Below are positions 25,397 through 37,629 of a stretch of DNA of 64,000 nucleotides, piece by piece. The DNA is from Octopus sinensis (lineage: Eukaryota). The stretch is taken from assembly GCF_006345805.1 (NCBI RefSeq), contig NC_043010.1, forward strand, positions 14,136,001 through 14,200,000, given 5' to 3'. Positions within the stretch are counted from its first letter, which is position 1, and each line of letters starts with the position of its first letter. A program made the translations under genes and the position numbers. The notes beneath the pieces were generated by a model that was not told the DNA's origin, did not search any database, and saw only the letters and a program-made list of their open reading frames with translations.

Positions 25397-26534
25397 CTCC
25401 ACCTTGATTCCAGTTGCCACTCATCTGTTGTGGTTGCTGTTGTTTCTGGTCATTCCAGTTGCCCTGGATCCGGCCACCTCTACCGCCACCGCGGTCACTC
25501 TGGTAGTTCCCACCGCCACCGCCTCCACGTCCTCCGCCGCCGCCACCCTGGTTAGCGTTCCTCTGCTGGAATGCCGGCATTTCGGGTGGTGGTGGTTCGT
25601 GCTCCCAAGCCCTGCCACCGCGATCGGGAACCTGCCCGATCCGGATTTTGTTGATGGCACACTGGGTTTTTTCACGCGCTTCGCCGCTGCTCGTCTTCTG
25701 GATCTGTAACAGACCATCTCTGGCAGCAAGTATCTGACAGATGCCAATGTTAGATTTCGATGTTAACCTTTTGCTCTGGGCCTCGTACACGGCCCGAATC
25801 TGTTTTTCGTTTAACCTCGCCTTGTCCGACCACATAAACGATTGAATAGTAACATCCAGTCGTTTCAACAACATCTCTCGCCGGGTGTTGTACTCTGCCG
25901 ACAGTGAATTGTTAACGTTTAAAATATGGGCCCACTGTTTGTCGGACAATCTTGTCTTCATCAGAGATTTGCCCAGCTGGTTCGGATTTTTGCTCATCAT
26001 CTCTTTAATCTTAGCTTCGACTTTGGAAAACAGCTGACTCGCCGTTATACTCGCCGGCGGTTTGGCAAAACCGAGAGCAATCAGCATGCTCTTGAGGAAA
26101 GCAGCTATTTCAGACTCACTGCTAACTTCTTGGTTGCTCTTAACAGACACCAAAGCTATAGGCTTATTCACAGCGAGCATCATGGAACTTGCTAATTCCA
26201 TGGTTAAATAGTCGAGTAGTTGCAGACGTGAAGTCTTAGTGTTTAGTCGATCGTTGATAGTTCCACCGGTCAAACTATTCACAGGACATTCGATCTCGCG
26301 AAGGAATGAGCTCAGTTCGAGCATGAACGTATCGCTATCACTAGATTCTGTGATGGGGTTTACATGTTCCTCCATGATTAGGAAGTCTTTCAGTTTGAGT
26401 GAAAGCCATGATACTATCTGAGTAAAGAGCGGCGACCGTTGTCCGTCTTCCAAAGCCTTGTCAAACTCTTCTCCTTCAATCTGGTCAACTGGATAGCCCA
26501 AGTCTTCAAGAACGTCCAGCATATCGCATTCCAT
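25397..26534 (-). CDS. FAM98A: FAM98-like protein, first coding exon (entire conserved FAM98 domain)
   Basis: MECDMLDVLEDLGY..LGFAKPPA..RREMLLKRLDVTIQSF.WSD..RTSSG-like..CAINKI..VPDRGGR..EPPPPEMP are FAM98 family motifs; donor G|GTTCGT at 25396; upstream CAGCAG acceptor at ~26570. Confidence 0.93.
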
Positions 26535-27321
26535 AGCGAGATTTTCAAAGCCGTGGATGGGCGATGCTGCTGCAAAACAAAGAAAAAGGTAGAAAACAAG
26601 ATGTAAATGGATAAATCGTTTAGAAAGGAAACAGGCGAGATTTAGCGAAATCAAATGAGAAATTAATGCAGCAAAACAAATAAAGACAGTAGGATAATCA
26701 CCTAAAAAAAGGGGACAGTCAATATGTCGAAAGTGCAGGTTCACCAAAGTTTTACAACGACGTGTGGCAGGAAAACGTTGCCGATAAGAGTTACTTCCCT
26801 TTGCCGGCTAATATATATGTGCGTGCAATGTAACGTTTCGTACAAGTTCGGCTTTTCCCGTCGATTAGGGAGGTGGAGCAGAGAGCAAATGAAAGTATTA
26901 CAGTATTTAAGTTTCTCATCCCCCAAATCCCTTATGATTTTTAATTTGAAAATTCACCGGGGTCTGATTTTTTTTTTTTCCTTCTTCTATTTTAAATTAA
27001 CACAAGGATGTTGAAAATAAGTTGAAAAAACTATTATACTGTTACATCTACAAATACTTATTCTTGTCCATGCTGCATTAACCGCGTGGTATTATTAAAA
27101 AAAAAAAACGGAAACTTTTTTTTTTTTTGAAGCTGAAAAAGAAAAAAACTTTTTCAAGTTTTTTTTTTTTTTTGAAAGTATTTTAAGTCTTCCGTTTATA
27201 TATATATATACAGAAATAAAAGGTTTCAAAATTTTATTTATAATAATAATAACACAGAGGAAAAAAAAAAGAGAGAAACGACGGGAGTAATTAAAGATAA
27301 TAATATCCTGATGTTAACAAC

Positions 27322-27620
27322 CTGGCGTGAATCACGTTTTAGTGCTAATACAGCACCACCGTCACCTTCGTCGCCGCCGCCTCCGTCTCCACCACGACGA
27401 TTCTTGCTCTGATCATTTGGCACCGCGTACATATTGTCGCGCATGCGCCATTGATAATGTGCAGGAGCCATCTTGGATCCTTTTTTTTCAGCTGGAGTCG
27501 TGTGTCGTCGTGTTGAGGTGCCTCCGACACTCTCTCGCACACGCACACATATATATATATATATTTGTATTGCATATTTTGTTGCAGCCGCCGCCGCAGC
27601 AACGTGTTCTAAAGAAAAGC
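27322..27620. promoter_or_regulatory. Putative bidirectional promoter of FAM98 and EIF3A
   Basis: CpG-rich; GCGCATGCGC palindrome (NRF1-type) at 27439-27448; GCCATCTTG (YY1-type) at 27467-27475; candidate minus-strand donor CAG|GTTGTT at 27321. Confidence 0.6.
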
Positions 27621-27624
27621 AACC

Positions 27625-27673
27625 ATGCCGACTTATTTCCTAAGACCCGAGAATGCCCTCAACCGGGCTAACG
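27625..27673 (+). CDS. EIF3A: eIF3a exon 1 (MPTYFLRPENALNRAN)
   Basis: AACCATG start; donor GTATGT; phase 1. Confidence 0.95.
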
Positions 27674-27728
27674 GTATGTTATCCCATTCACCCATAACTC
27701 ACATTTTCTCCTCCATATATCATCAGGT

Positions 27729-27763
<35 letters not shown>

Positions 27764-29063
27764 ATATATGTGTGTAGTCTGCGATTGGGTTCTACGTAAT
27801 CGCTCTGCCTTACTGTATTTAGGAATCGAACTAATTTTTCTGTAACAAATTCTCTTTTGTCTGTCAAAATTAATAACCATGTGACTGACACACACACATA
27901 TATATGGTACTAGTAGCGTAGACTGGACCCGGTTTGTTCATCGTATTACCGAAGACGATGCTTTAAATTCATGTATGTGTGTGTGTCTGTGTGTAACAAC
28001 ATTCCTGGCAGATCTGCCACTTAATTGCCTGCAAGTCTAATCTAATTCTTTGACTGCAGCAGTACGACCTCATTGGGGGGGGGGTATAAAAAAAAAAGCC
28101 TCTTATAGTATATATCTTACGGGGGATTATAAAAGCCATTGTGTGATTTCCCAGTAATTTCTTTCTCGGCTAGGCTATTAAATCGCCAGTATTTCTGTGT
28201 GTGTGTCTGAGTATACCTGACAAAAGTTTCAATTTATTTACTGAAAAAAATTCCCAGAGACCGACGACGAACGGATACAATCAAACACGCAGAAGCGCCG
28301 CTTTGAGTGGGAATCATCTTGTCTTGCTTGTCTCGCCGCTTTTCGGCTTTCAACATTTCGTTCGAATCGGCTTCCATAAATATCCCTACTAATCCCCCTT
28401 TTTATTCATTTTTATTACTATTTCTTATGGATCATCGCTTCTTCTCTTTAAATTCCGTTGAAATGTCGATCTAAAATGCTTTTTTTCCCCCCACCCAATC
28501 GAGGTTTCTGCGTAACGCTGAAACCTCTGGAAGCACGTTGCTTCCATGCTCGACTCGACCTGTTGGTATGGCTGCTTCTTCCTCGTGGCTGAAATACTCT
28601 CCAACTCTTCTCTTAAAATATCTCTAATCGCATCTAACCCAATTTATATTTTTTTAGGCTTAAAAAAGTACCAAAAGTACCCCCCCCCCCAAATATCTAC
28701 AAGCAGCAATGATATTACTACTCGTTTTAATCGGTATCTTTTTTAAATAATTAATCTAAGAAATCGAGGTTATATCATCTGAGATATAAACCGTGTATGA
28801 TAAATAGACTCCGTCGTCATTGACTTTTTTTTTTGACTAATTATCCGGGTACATGGTTTCATAAATCCTTCTAATTTCTTTATTCGTAGTTTAAATAATA
28901 GTAATAATGTTCGTTTTGACTTGCTTGACATATAAAACACGTAAAATGAAATTGTATGAAGCCGATCCTAATCCGTTCCATTATTCCCGGCTACAACATC
29001 CATATGGCGGGAGTCTTCGCTTCGAATTAGGGCTCAAAAGTGTGTGTGTGTGTGTCACACACT

Positions 29064-29103
<40 letters not shown>

Positions 29104-31049
29104 GTTCATAAAACCTGATGAATTTTTTTCGTTTTGATTTGTGCTTATTCCCCCCCCCCTCGCATTAAATGCTTTATTTAAATATCTAACATTATCCATG
29201 TTCCTTTATGTGTGCCTGAATATACACACATAGTATACGAACTGTGACGTGGTTTTTATATCTGACAATTTAAGAAATTCCCGTATGACCCTTTCTTTGC
29301 TTTTGGTAATTGTACATATTGTCGATGTTTAATATTTTAGAAATCCGATTTTATAAAATACAAACTTGAAATTCAGAAAAACCCTCTCTACTTTTGTCTC
29401 ATCGCCCACATCCCGCACTGATCGCCTCGCCTGGTCAATCATCTGGAATTCCTTCTCTCGCAGACATTTTCTACAGACGTTGGAGAGGAATATGAACCTC
29501 ATCGGTCTGTGAAGGTCATGAGTTTCGGCCACCACTTCTCACTCAGCTGTAAAAATAAATATAAAAGCCATTAATATTATATTAACATACGTAAGCGTTG
29601 TATGTTCTGATACACCACAGTTAGTTACTAATAAAACTCCTGGTTGTATGGTATGCCCTCTTTCATTCAGTTCATTATATGCCAGCATAGGAGGGTATGA
29701 TGTGAGCGGAAAGCAATTTGGCTGCTATTTCTAGCAGGTCGGGCGATCACGCTCCCTCATTGGCTCGAGGCATGGCTTTATATCAATCAAGTTAAGCCAC
29801 TGGTGAAAATTTTACCAATATTTCTAAGGCTATATGCTGTGTAGACTGAAGCATTTCTACTAACGATAAAAGACTTAGAAAAAAATAGTAAAACAAAGTT
29901 TGTGGTGTCAGCAGATAAGCCTGAGAAAAGTTTAATAGATAACTGGTAAAATTGAAAAGAAAGGTGGTCATCTAAGGAAATATATATTTGCATATTCAGC
30001 CATGATCTTCATAGTTAATTAGCCGGGAGATTTTTTTGCTTTCAGTGTGATTGTAATTTTATATGATTTGACAATTACACATGGAATTGTCAGTTTGTTA
30101 CAAAATTTAGTTTTGCCATATGGTAATGAGAGCTGTTGTTTGATCAGCTAGAAATTAAACTTCACTATCTCTTACATAATTATTTCTTTTCACCTCAAAC
30201 AATTTCATTTAGTTGACTGTGTCCTGAGATTGGAAACAAAAAGTTTGATTTTGTTTGGAAATAGTTTGGTATTTATAGAGACAGAAAAGTACTGTAGACT
30301 AAAGGGAAATTAGATGTCACATCAAAGAGCATTTTAAGTAACCCTGTAGAAAATTTCTAAGTTTGCATTTGAATGATTTTTGATTTAGGGTTTCCTAACC
30401 AAGAAATGAAGTATGACAAACTAAATAATTACTATTTCTAACCAAGCTGGATCTTTAACCCTTTAGTGTTCAGATTATTCAATCAAGCATAATGCCTATT
30501 GATTCCCATTGATTTGAATTAATCATGTATTATCTCATATCTCCAAGATCTTGATGGTGTAATTACTTAATGTAGAATAACATTGTAGGGTAGGTGTGAG
30601 AGCCTGGATCTAGTCAGTTTGAACATAAAACAGATTAACTATTTTGGCCGGATTAACTATTTTGGTTAATGTTCTCTCAGCTAGTTGTAAATCCCAAATT
30701 ATTCTAAAGTGAGAACTTTATGTGTGCGTGTACCGTCATCATTGTCAAATGATCATAAACTCATAATTTATACATCTTCAAAACGATTTGTGTTTTACAA
30801 CCAGCAAAGCGAGCATAAAGAATTCAGCTTAATTGAAATAGTGGTTACTTGTCATATTTTCATTTCCCCAGTCAAAAGTGATTTAAATGGAAACTAGATA
30901 CTGCTTTATGATGGAACACATATAAATTCCCTTTGTGTTTTTATAGATACCTATTTCCAATATAAATCAGAATTTTTATTCCCAGTCCCTGGACATTGTC
31001 AACCAAATGCAAGTGTTTCTGTGTATGTTTATATATATATATATATATA

Positions 31050-31230
31050 GGGAGAGTTTACGAAAAAAACAAAAGACGAAGACAGGTGGTGCACAAAACA
31101 AACAGATGTATTAGTATAACGCTCAGGAATAGAAAGTCTTTTACGTTTCGAGCCTACGCTCTTCTACAGAAAGGGACACAGAAAAAACAAGGAGAGAAAA
31201 GAATGTGTAGTGGCTAACAATCAATCGTGG
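31050..31230 (-). mobile_element. Short Penelope-like/pLTR-type repeat carrying a hammerhead-like motif (copies 32615-32712 + and 34100-34262 +)
   Basis: Shared GAAGAGC-N4-GCTCGAAACGT core; copies abut (TA)n tracts. PLE affiliation is inferred. Confidence 0.6.
31138..31173 (-). ncRNA. Minimal type-I hammerhead-like motif, family H2
   Basis: CTTT CTGTAGA A GAGC GTAG GCTC GAA ACGT A AAAG. Confidence 0.5.
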
Positions 31231-31274
31231 CGACTAGTGCCGGACAAAAGGGTCACAAAGAGATGTGTACATGT

Positions 31275-31306
<32 letters not shown>

Positions 31307-32296
31307 TGAGTATGCACTACACTTTAGCTTTTGCCCTTCTCAACCATTTCTTGCTCTTCTACTGTACTCCCACTTTCCCTTAGTGAATGGTGAGTGAGGT
31401 AACTTCTCTAATGCTGGTGCCATGAAAAGGTGCACCCTATACGCATGGTAAAGTGACTGGCAATGAGCAGAGAATGCTAAAGGGTGTTCGAGAGTCCCTC
31501 TACGTTTAATGTGTGCAAAGCACTCCACTTTCCCCTTAGTGAATGGTGAGTGAGGTAACTTCTCTAATGCTGGTGCCATGAAAAGGTGCACCCTATACGC
31601 ATGGTAAAGTGACTGGCAATGAGCAGAGAATGCTAAAGGTTGTTCAGTTGTTTTAGTTCTTCCTTGTTGAGAATTATTCAACCTCTGATATTGGTGCCAC
31701 AAGAAAATGCATCCAGTGCACTTTGCAGAGTGGTTGGCAGTAGGAATGGCATTCAGCTACAGAAACAATGTATGAGCACATGTCTACGAGAATAGTGGCT
31801 TCTAATTAGAAATCACTTTAACCATGACAACCTGTCTACTCATGCCAGCATGTAAAATGATGATACATAAATGTGTGTGTGTAAATAAAAGTATACAGTA
31901 TTATAGATCCACATAAGCTCAGTTTTGCACTGAGTATTAAGTTACCGGATGTTAAATAACAGGGCAGTTACCCAACACCCCGTGTTCTTCAGAGATGGCA
32001 GGTATGGAAAAAATATGGCAACAGCTCTGTTGTTGAAGTTTCGCATCCAGTTTGCTGGTACTTTGAAAAAAGATAACCAAAATCACAGGAGACAACTGTG
32101 CAAGATTTATCAAGAGATCCTTCAGTTCAGTTATCTTCTGCAATTTTGTTAATTTTGTCCCCCCCCCCCCCAGCACCCACAAACTGTATGTAACATTTTT
32201 CACCTCCAATAACAGAGTAGTTACTATATATTATTTTCCACCTGCCATCTCCTAAAAGTACATGGTGTTGGTATAACAGCTGAAATGGCTCTATAA

Positions 32297-32515
32297 CAGT
32301 GGTTTTCAACCAGGGTTCCGTGGAACCTTAGGGTTCTGCCAGTACAGTCCAGGGGTTCCGCAAGAAGTTACAAAACTGCTAAAATTGGCAGTAATTTATA
32401 ATTCTCCTGTGCAGATATGTGTGCATAAGACTATTAAATTATTGCACAGGGGTTCCTCGAGCCAGTGGAATGTTTCCTTGGGGTTCCGCTCCCGCAAAAA
32501 GTTTGAAAAGCACTG
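32297..32515. mobile_element. hAT-type MITE
   Basis: TIR CAGTG(G/C)TTTTCAA; perfect 8-bp TSD CTCTATAA. Confidence 0.9.
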
Positions 32516-32639
32516 CTCTATAATATATTCTTTAACATACTCACTCTATGTGAGTGCCTTTTTTTTTTTTCTGATTTATGGATTCTTAGATGATATATAT
32601 ATATATATATATTCCCTCTCTGTTTATTTTCTCATGTTC

Positions 32640-32675
32640 CTTTCCGTTGAAGAGCATAGGCTCGAAACGTAAAAG
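32640..32675 (+). ncRNA. Minimal hammerhead-like motif, family H2 (core mutated, CCGTTGA)
   Basis: CTTT CCGTTGA A GAGC ATAG GCTC GAA ACGT A AAAG. Confidence 0.4.
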
Positions 32676-34129
32676 ACTTTCTCACCTTCCCAAGCGTTAA
32701 ACTAATACACTTGACTGGGACAACAATTTTTAACATAGTCCACCTAGTTGAACAAGCCAATAAACCAAAGAATTAAGTTTCAATTAACTCCAAGGTTATT
32801 AATAAATCTGATTCTGTAAATGTATACTGTCCCACCATCTATAAATTAACATCAAATACTACTAATCGTTATCATAATTTCATGTCTATCTGCTTCACTG
32901 GTTTGGCTCGGACAGTTCCACATAATCTAATGAGCTAGAGGACTACATTAAAAGGAACTGGTCTGTAGTAAAGAGGCAAGACTGCTTTGTGCTGGGAGTT
33001 GAGAAGGTAAAATAGGATTGCTCCTGCTGTAGAGGAAATACATGGTTACAGTATATTATATAAGCATGGGTGGGAATAGGTGGAATGAGATAAAAATAGT
33101 GGTGATAAGGTGTGTAGGATATACTCTCAAGGTACAAGAAGGTGAGTGTAACAGAATACTGGAAGGGTGAGTGGGTAATGGTATGGGAAGAGTGACATGT
33201 GGTTAGAGATGGGGATATGAGTGATAGTAGTGAATGGTGATTGAGGTTTAAAGTGTGGTCAGTGTTAAATATCAGATTGATGGTGGGGAGGAGGATAGCA
33301 GTAAGTGGTAGTACATGGAGATTAGCAGTATAATAAGATTGTCCGTAGATGGGAAAATAGGAGAGGGAGTGATAGAAATAGAGGCTTACAGTTACAGAGG
33401 TGGGTGTGAGTGGTAGACAAAAGTAGTGGGGTGTCTGTGGCAGGAATGAGAGGGTGTTGAGAATGATAGCAGACATGGATGGGTTTTAGGGATGAGGTAC
33501 GGCAGTTGTGAGCTGTAGCTCAAGGGGAAAGGGAAGGGTCAGCAGAAAATTAAGAGGCAAGGGATGATTATTGAGTGCCAGACCAATATTAAAAGGAAGC
33601 AGTTTCAAGGAGAAAAATAGCTGGTTGCGCAAAAAGATGAAATATGGGCAGTACTGCTCTCATGGTTACAAAGGCTGAATAGCCATAATTAGAAGAGTGA
33701 TGTGTCAGGAAGATGAAATGGGTGCAGGGATAGGGCCCAGTTTGTATAGAAATAAACAATGTTTTCAGGACCATATTGTGTGTGTGTATATACACATACA
33801 CACATGCAGATATACATGCTGATATTCTAAGAATGTAAGGAATGAAAAAGGGTAAATAAAGACTACATATGTTTCTTAGCTAAACTTGATGTGTTACATA
33901 ACTTGCAATACATACAAAACCTGTTTAGCTACTCCTTAGTTCAGATTACTTTCGAGTTTATATTATTGCATGGAGAAGAGTGAATGAGTCAGTTCAAGTA
34001 TTATCTGCTATAGGAGTCAATATGTTGCATAGGGTGGGTTGATTTGACAGTCTACTCTGAGTTTCACTTATATATGTGTGTGTGTGTATGTATTGCTAGC
34101 CACTACACATACTTTATTTTCTCTTGTTT

Positions 34130-34165
34130 CTTTCTGTGGAAGAGTGTAGGCTTGAAACGTTAAAG
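34130..34165 (+). ncRNA. Minimal hammerhead-like motif, family H2
   Basis: CTTT CTGTGGA A GAGT GTAG GCTT GAA ACGT T AAAG. Confidence 0.45.
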
Positions 34166-35589
34166 ACTTTTTCACTTCTCAGGCGTTAAACTAATACATC
34201 TGTTGTCTACACCACCTGTTTTTGTCTCTCTCTTTTTAAAATTTTTTTTGTGGATTCTCCCCCTATATATATATAGAGAGAGAAAGGGGAGAAATGATGG
34301 GCTTCTTTCAGTTTCTGCCTACCAAATTCTCTCACAAGGCTTTGTTTGGTTAGACTGGAATTATAGAAGACACTTGCCCATGGTGCCATGCAGTGGGACT
34401 GAACCCAGAACCATATGATTGAGCTGCAATTTTCTTAACCACTGCACCATAGTACCCCCGTTTATTAAGTTGATAGATTGTCTATAGATTATGGCCATGT
34501 TATAGCTAGGTCACACAGGTAGTTTAATATGCTCTGATTGAAGTGGGTTCTGTGTTGTAGAGAGACTTGTTGATGAAAGCATGACAAGGGCCAGTAATGA
34601 TAGGCAGAACTAACTTAATGAGACTGAAGACCAAGGTCATTATATATAAATGGGACGAGGGCATGTTGCCACCTGGTGTCATTAAACCAGATGTTACCTC
34701 TACACTGTACTAATTTTTGTGTATGGTGAGGCAGGCTTGCTGATGTAATTAGGAGGCTATACAAAGGATATAAAAGTTTTCAGAATGGTACGGAGTTCTT
34801 GAAGTGAAATGGGCGGCATGTCAAACAGATGCCATTCCTCAAGAAATTTTCATGGTGGTGGAGCTTGGATTCAATGGTCAGTCTGGTATAGTGTGTGTGT
34901 GTGTACACACACACACAGCAGCAGCAGCATTTAACAACCTTGTTCCATGCTGGTATGGATCGGATGCTTTGACAAGACCCAGTGGGCTGAAGGACTGAAT
35001 TGTGCTCCAGTGTCTGTTTTGACATGGTTTCTATGGCTATCTGCCACTTCACAGCTTGTACAGGGTGCATTTTTGTGCCACCAGCACTAGTGAGGTCACC
35101 ATACAACTTGCAAGACTAGACTATTAAAGCATAATGGTGGGACAGCTATATGCTAGACCAGTGTTTCCCACACTTTTCATGCCAAATTGCAATATCACCC
35201 ACCTATCAGCCAAAAAATGTACCATCGCCCACTCGTAAAAAAACAACACATGCCCCCCCCCCCAAATCTTTTAGGAGAACCCCGCCTTGTATCATATGAC
35301 ACACACACTATATTGTAGACTTGTGCCCAGTTAGTGCTGTTTAGACTAAATATGCAGTTGTTTACAAATCCCTTATTGTGGGTTTAGTTTTGAAATTTGT
35401 GTGAATAAAATTCTAACTTAAACTCTATAGACAGATTAACTTTGGTAAACTTGCACCTTCTTTTACACTGATTTTTATTTTCCCCAAATGAACCATTCAT
35501 CAGAACTACCAGTGCAAAAATAATTAATGGTTGTATTATAAAGGAAAAGAATACAACTTTTTAATGAGAACCATGTGTTAGTTAGTTAG

Positions 35590-35785
35590 TTAATATTTTG
35601 GCTCAAAAAGCAAGGCCATGTAGGGGGACATGGAGTTATGTACAGGGTGGTGTTCATGTAAAGAGTTCAGGCCATTTGTGGTCAAGGGAGACTTTGAACC
35701 GAGCGGTCGTTGGCATCTTCACTATCTCATCCGGCAGCTTATTCCACGGATCCGCAACCCGGACGGAGAAAGCCCCCTCTCCTTC
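35590..35785 (-). mobile_element. CR1-clade LINE 3' fragment
   Basis: Minus strand reads AFSVRVADPWNKLPDEIVKMPTTARFKVSLD. Confidence 0.75.
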
Positions 35786-37050
35786 GATTGAGATGAAATC
35801 GTTGCAGGTGTGATGCAGTTAGTGCAGATACATTTGGTTTCAAACTTGTCAACTTTAGACACAAATCTCTTCATTGTGTCACATCCAGTCCAATTCTTTT
35901 ATGGGAAAGTAAAGTTCCAACATAGCTAAAACCAGATACAAGGTAGGGAAGGCAAGCAAAAGTAATTTCAGATGTTTGCACAGATTGGGGTAGGAATTCA
36001 ATATACTTTGATGGTACCACAAACCTTCTTTGCCATTACAGCGATATCGCATTGTGGTGTCATTGTCATTTTGTAATTCTATTAATTTATCCTGAATGTC
36101 ATCTTCGCAATTGACTGCAGCATAATAGCATCTTGAAATCGCTCCACCCTGTTATTGTGCAGTGATTATAAATAGTTGCGATATGTAGTTAAATCCTCAT
36201 CAACCAATTCATCTTTCAAAGCATCAAGTTGTGGAAATTGATGTAATTCACGTTTTGAAATGCATCCTTATTCTAGGCATGCTGAGATATAAGTTAAAAC
36301 GGTACCAATTTTGAATTGAAGATAGTGATAAATGATTAACAATCATTGAAAGTTTTTCCGTTCCTTTGCAATAACCTATTCAAATCATTTAATTTTGTGA
36401 ATATATCACAAAGAAAAAAGATATCACACCTTGCAGCCATCAATGCAATAGTGGGGTATCTTCAAAGAAAGATATGATTATATGAAACAGTTCAACACAA
36501 TTACCTTTTGACAGCCACTGCACTTCGGTATGGTATAAGAGTTTAGTATAGTCCTCATCATTTCTCAGACAGAGTTGAAGGAAAATTCTGTCAGACAAGG
36601 GACTGGACTTCAATTTGTTGAGAGTCTTGATAACTAACTGTAGTGCATCATTCAATGTACTGTTCATATTTTTTGTCACTAAATGCTGCCAGTGTACCAA
36701 GCAATGGACAGTTAGTATCTGGTGGGAAATTTCTGCTTTGGGAGAGATGAAAAACCTCAGTATCTTCCTACTATTGAAGGGGCTCCATCAGATGCACAGG
36801 CAAGAATGTTTTACTGAATGGGATATTATATTATGTTCAAAAAAGAAAGACTTGAGAGTGGAAAATAGGTGTATCTTTTGGATCAAGCAGCAATTTCTCT
36901 GCGACCAGCATTTCTTCACAAGGTTGAAGGTCTTTGAAATACTGAACATATGCCATCATCAAACATTGATTGTTCACAACAGTTGACTCATTCACTTGTA
37001 TAGAAAATTCAGAAAGCTGGAGAATATTAATGAGCTGTTGTTTGACATCT

Positions 37051-37280
37051 ATTTCTATATTACCCACAAGGGGCTAAACACAGAGGGGACCAACAAGGAC
37101 AGACATAGGTATTAAGTCGATTACATCGACCCCAGTGCGTAACTGGTACTTAATTTATCGACCCCGAAAGGATGAAAGGCAAAGTCGACCTCGGCAGAAT
37201 TTGAACTCACAACGTAACGCAGACGAAATACCGCAAAGCATTTCGCCCGGCGTGCTAACGATTCTGCCAGCTCGCCGCCT
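37051..37280 (-). mobile_element. SINE family A inserted in the hAT ORF
   Basis: TSD TGTTTGA(C/T)ATC on both sides. Confidence 0.9.
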
Positions 37281-37629
37281 TGTTTGATATCGTTGGCCAT
37301 TTCATTGATGTGTTGAGAAATCATGTTATTACTAAGTGGGATCTTCGTCATAATGTTATCTGGTTTTTCAATCATAATGGTTGACAAAATCTCTTCGGTA
37401 ACTGGGCGAAGTAATGTTTCTCCACTTGTGTGAGACTTCCCAGACTTAGCAACAAGCAATGCAATGCTGTACGATGCAATCGATCCATCATTCTCCTGCT
37501 TACTAGTTTCCTGGAGGAGCTTGTTGAATATTTGTGTTTGGTTTTTGAAAGAGGTGCTCATTTGCAGAAAGTATGGCAATGGCTTGTTGTTCTTGTCAGA
37601 ATGCTTTGCATCAAAGTGATACTTCAAGC

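Larger units (their letters stand above)
18552..26534 (-). other. FAM98A: FAM98A/B-like gene span, CDS join(26534-25397,19099-18552), 561 aa
   Basis: Exon lengths 1138+548 nt splice in frame. Assignment to the A or B paralogue is not resolvable here. Confidence 0.88.

Noticed and set aside
26535-26747. 71-aa N-terminal extension of the 482-aa ORF
   Set aside because: Runs through a polypyrimidine tract and CAGCAG acceptor; homology starts at MECD (26534).
27530-27536. TCT/TOP-type initiator for EIF3A
   Set aside because: A short CT run is too common to support without TSS data.
27238-27546. 102-aa ORF in the promoter as an independent gene or coding first exon of FAM98
   Set aside because: No homology recognised, and splicing at the candidate donor is out of frame with FAM98; kept only as a possible uORF.
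29505-29550. Hammerhead-like CTGAGTGAG..CCGAAAC on the minus strand
   Set aside because: Core has an extra base, and stems I-III cannot be formed.
32943-33476. 177-aa minus-strand ORF
   Set aside because: Low-complexity pyrimidine-rich translation with no recognisable motifs or splice support; possibly a decayed retroelement region.
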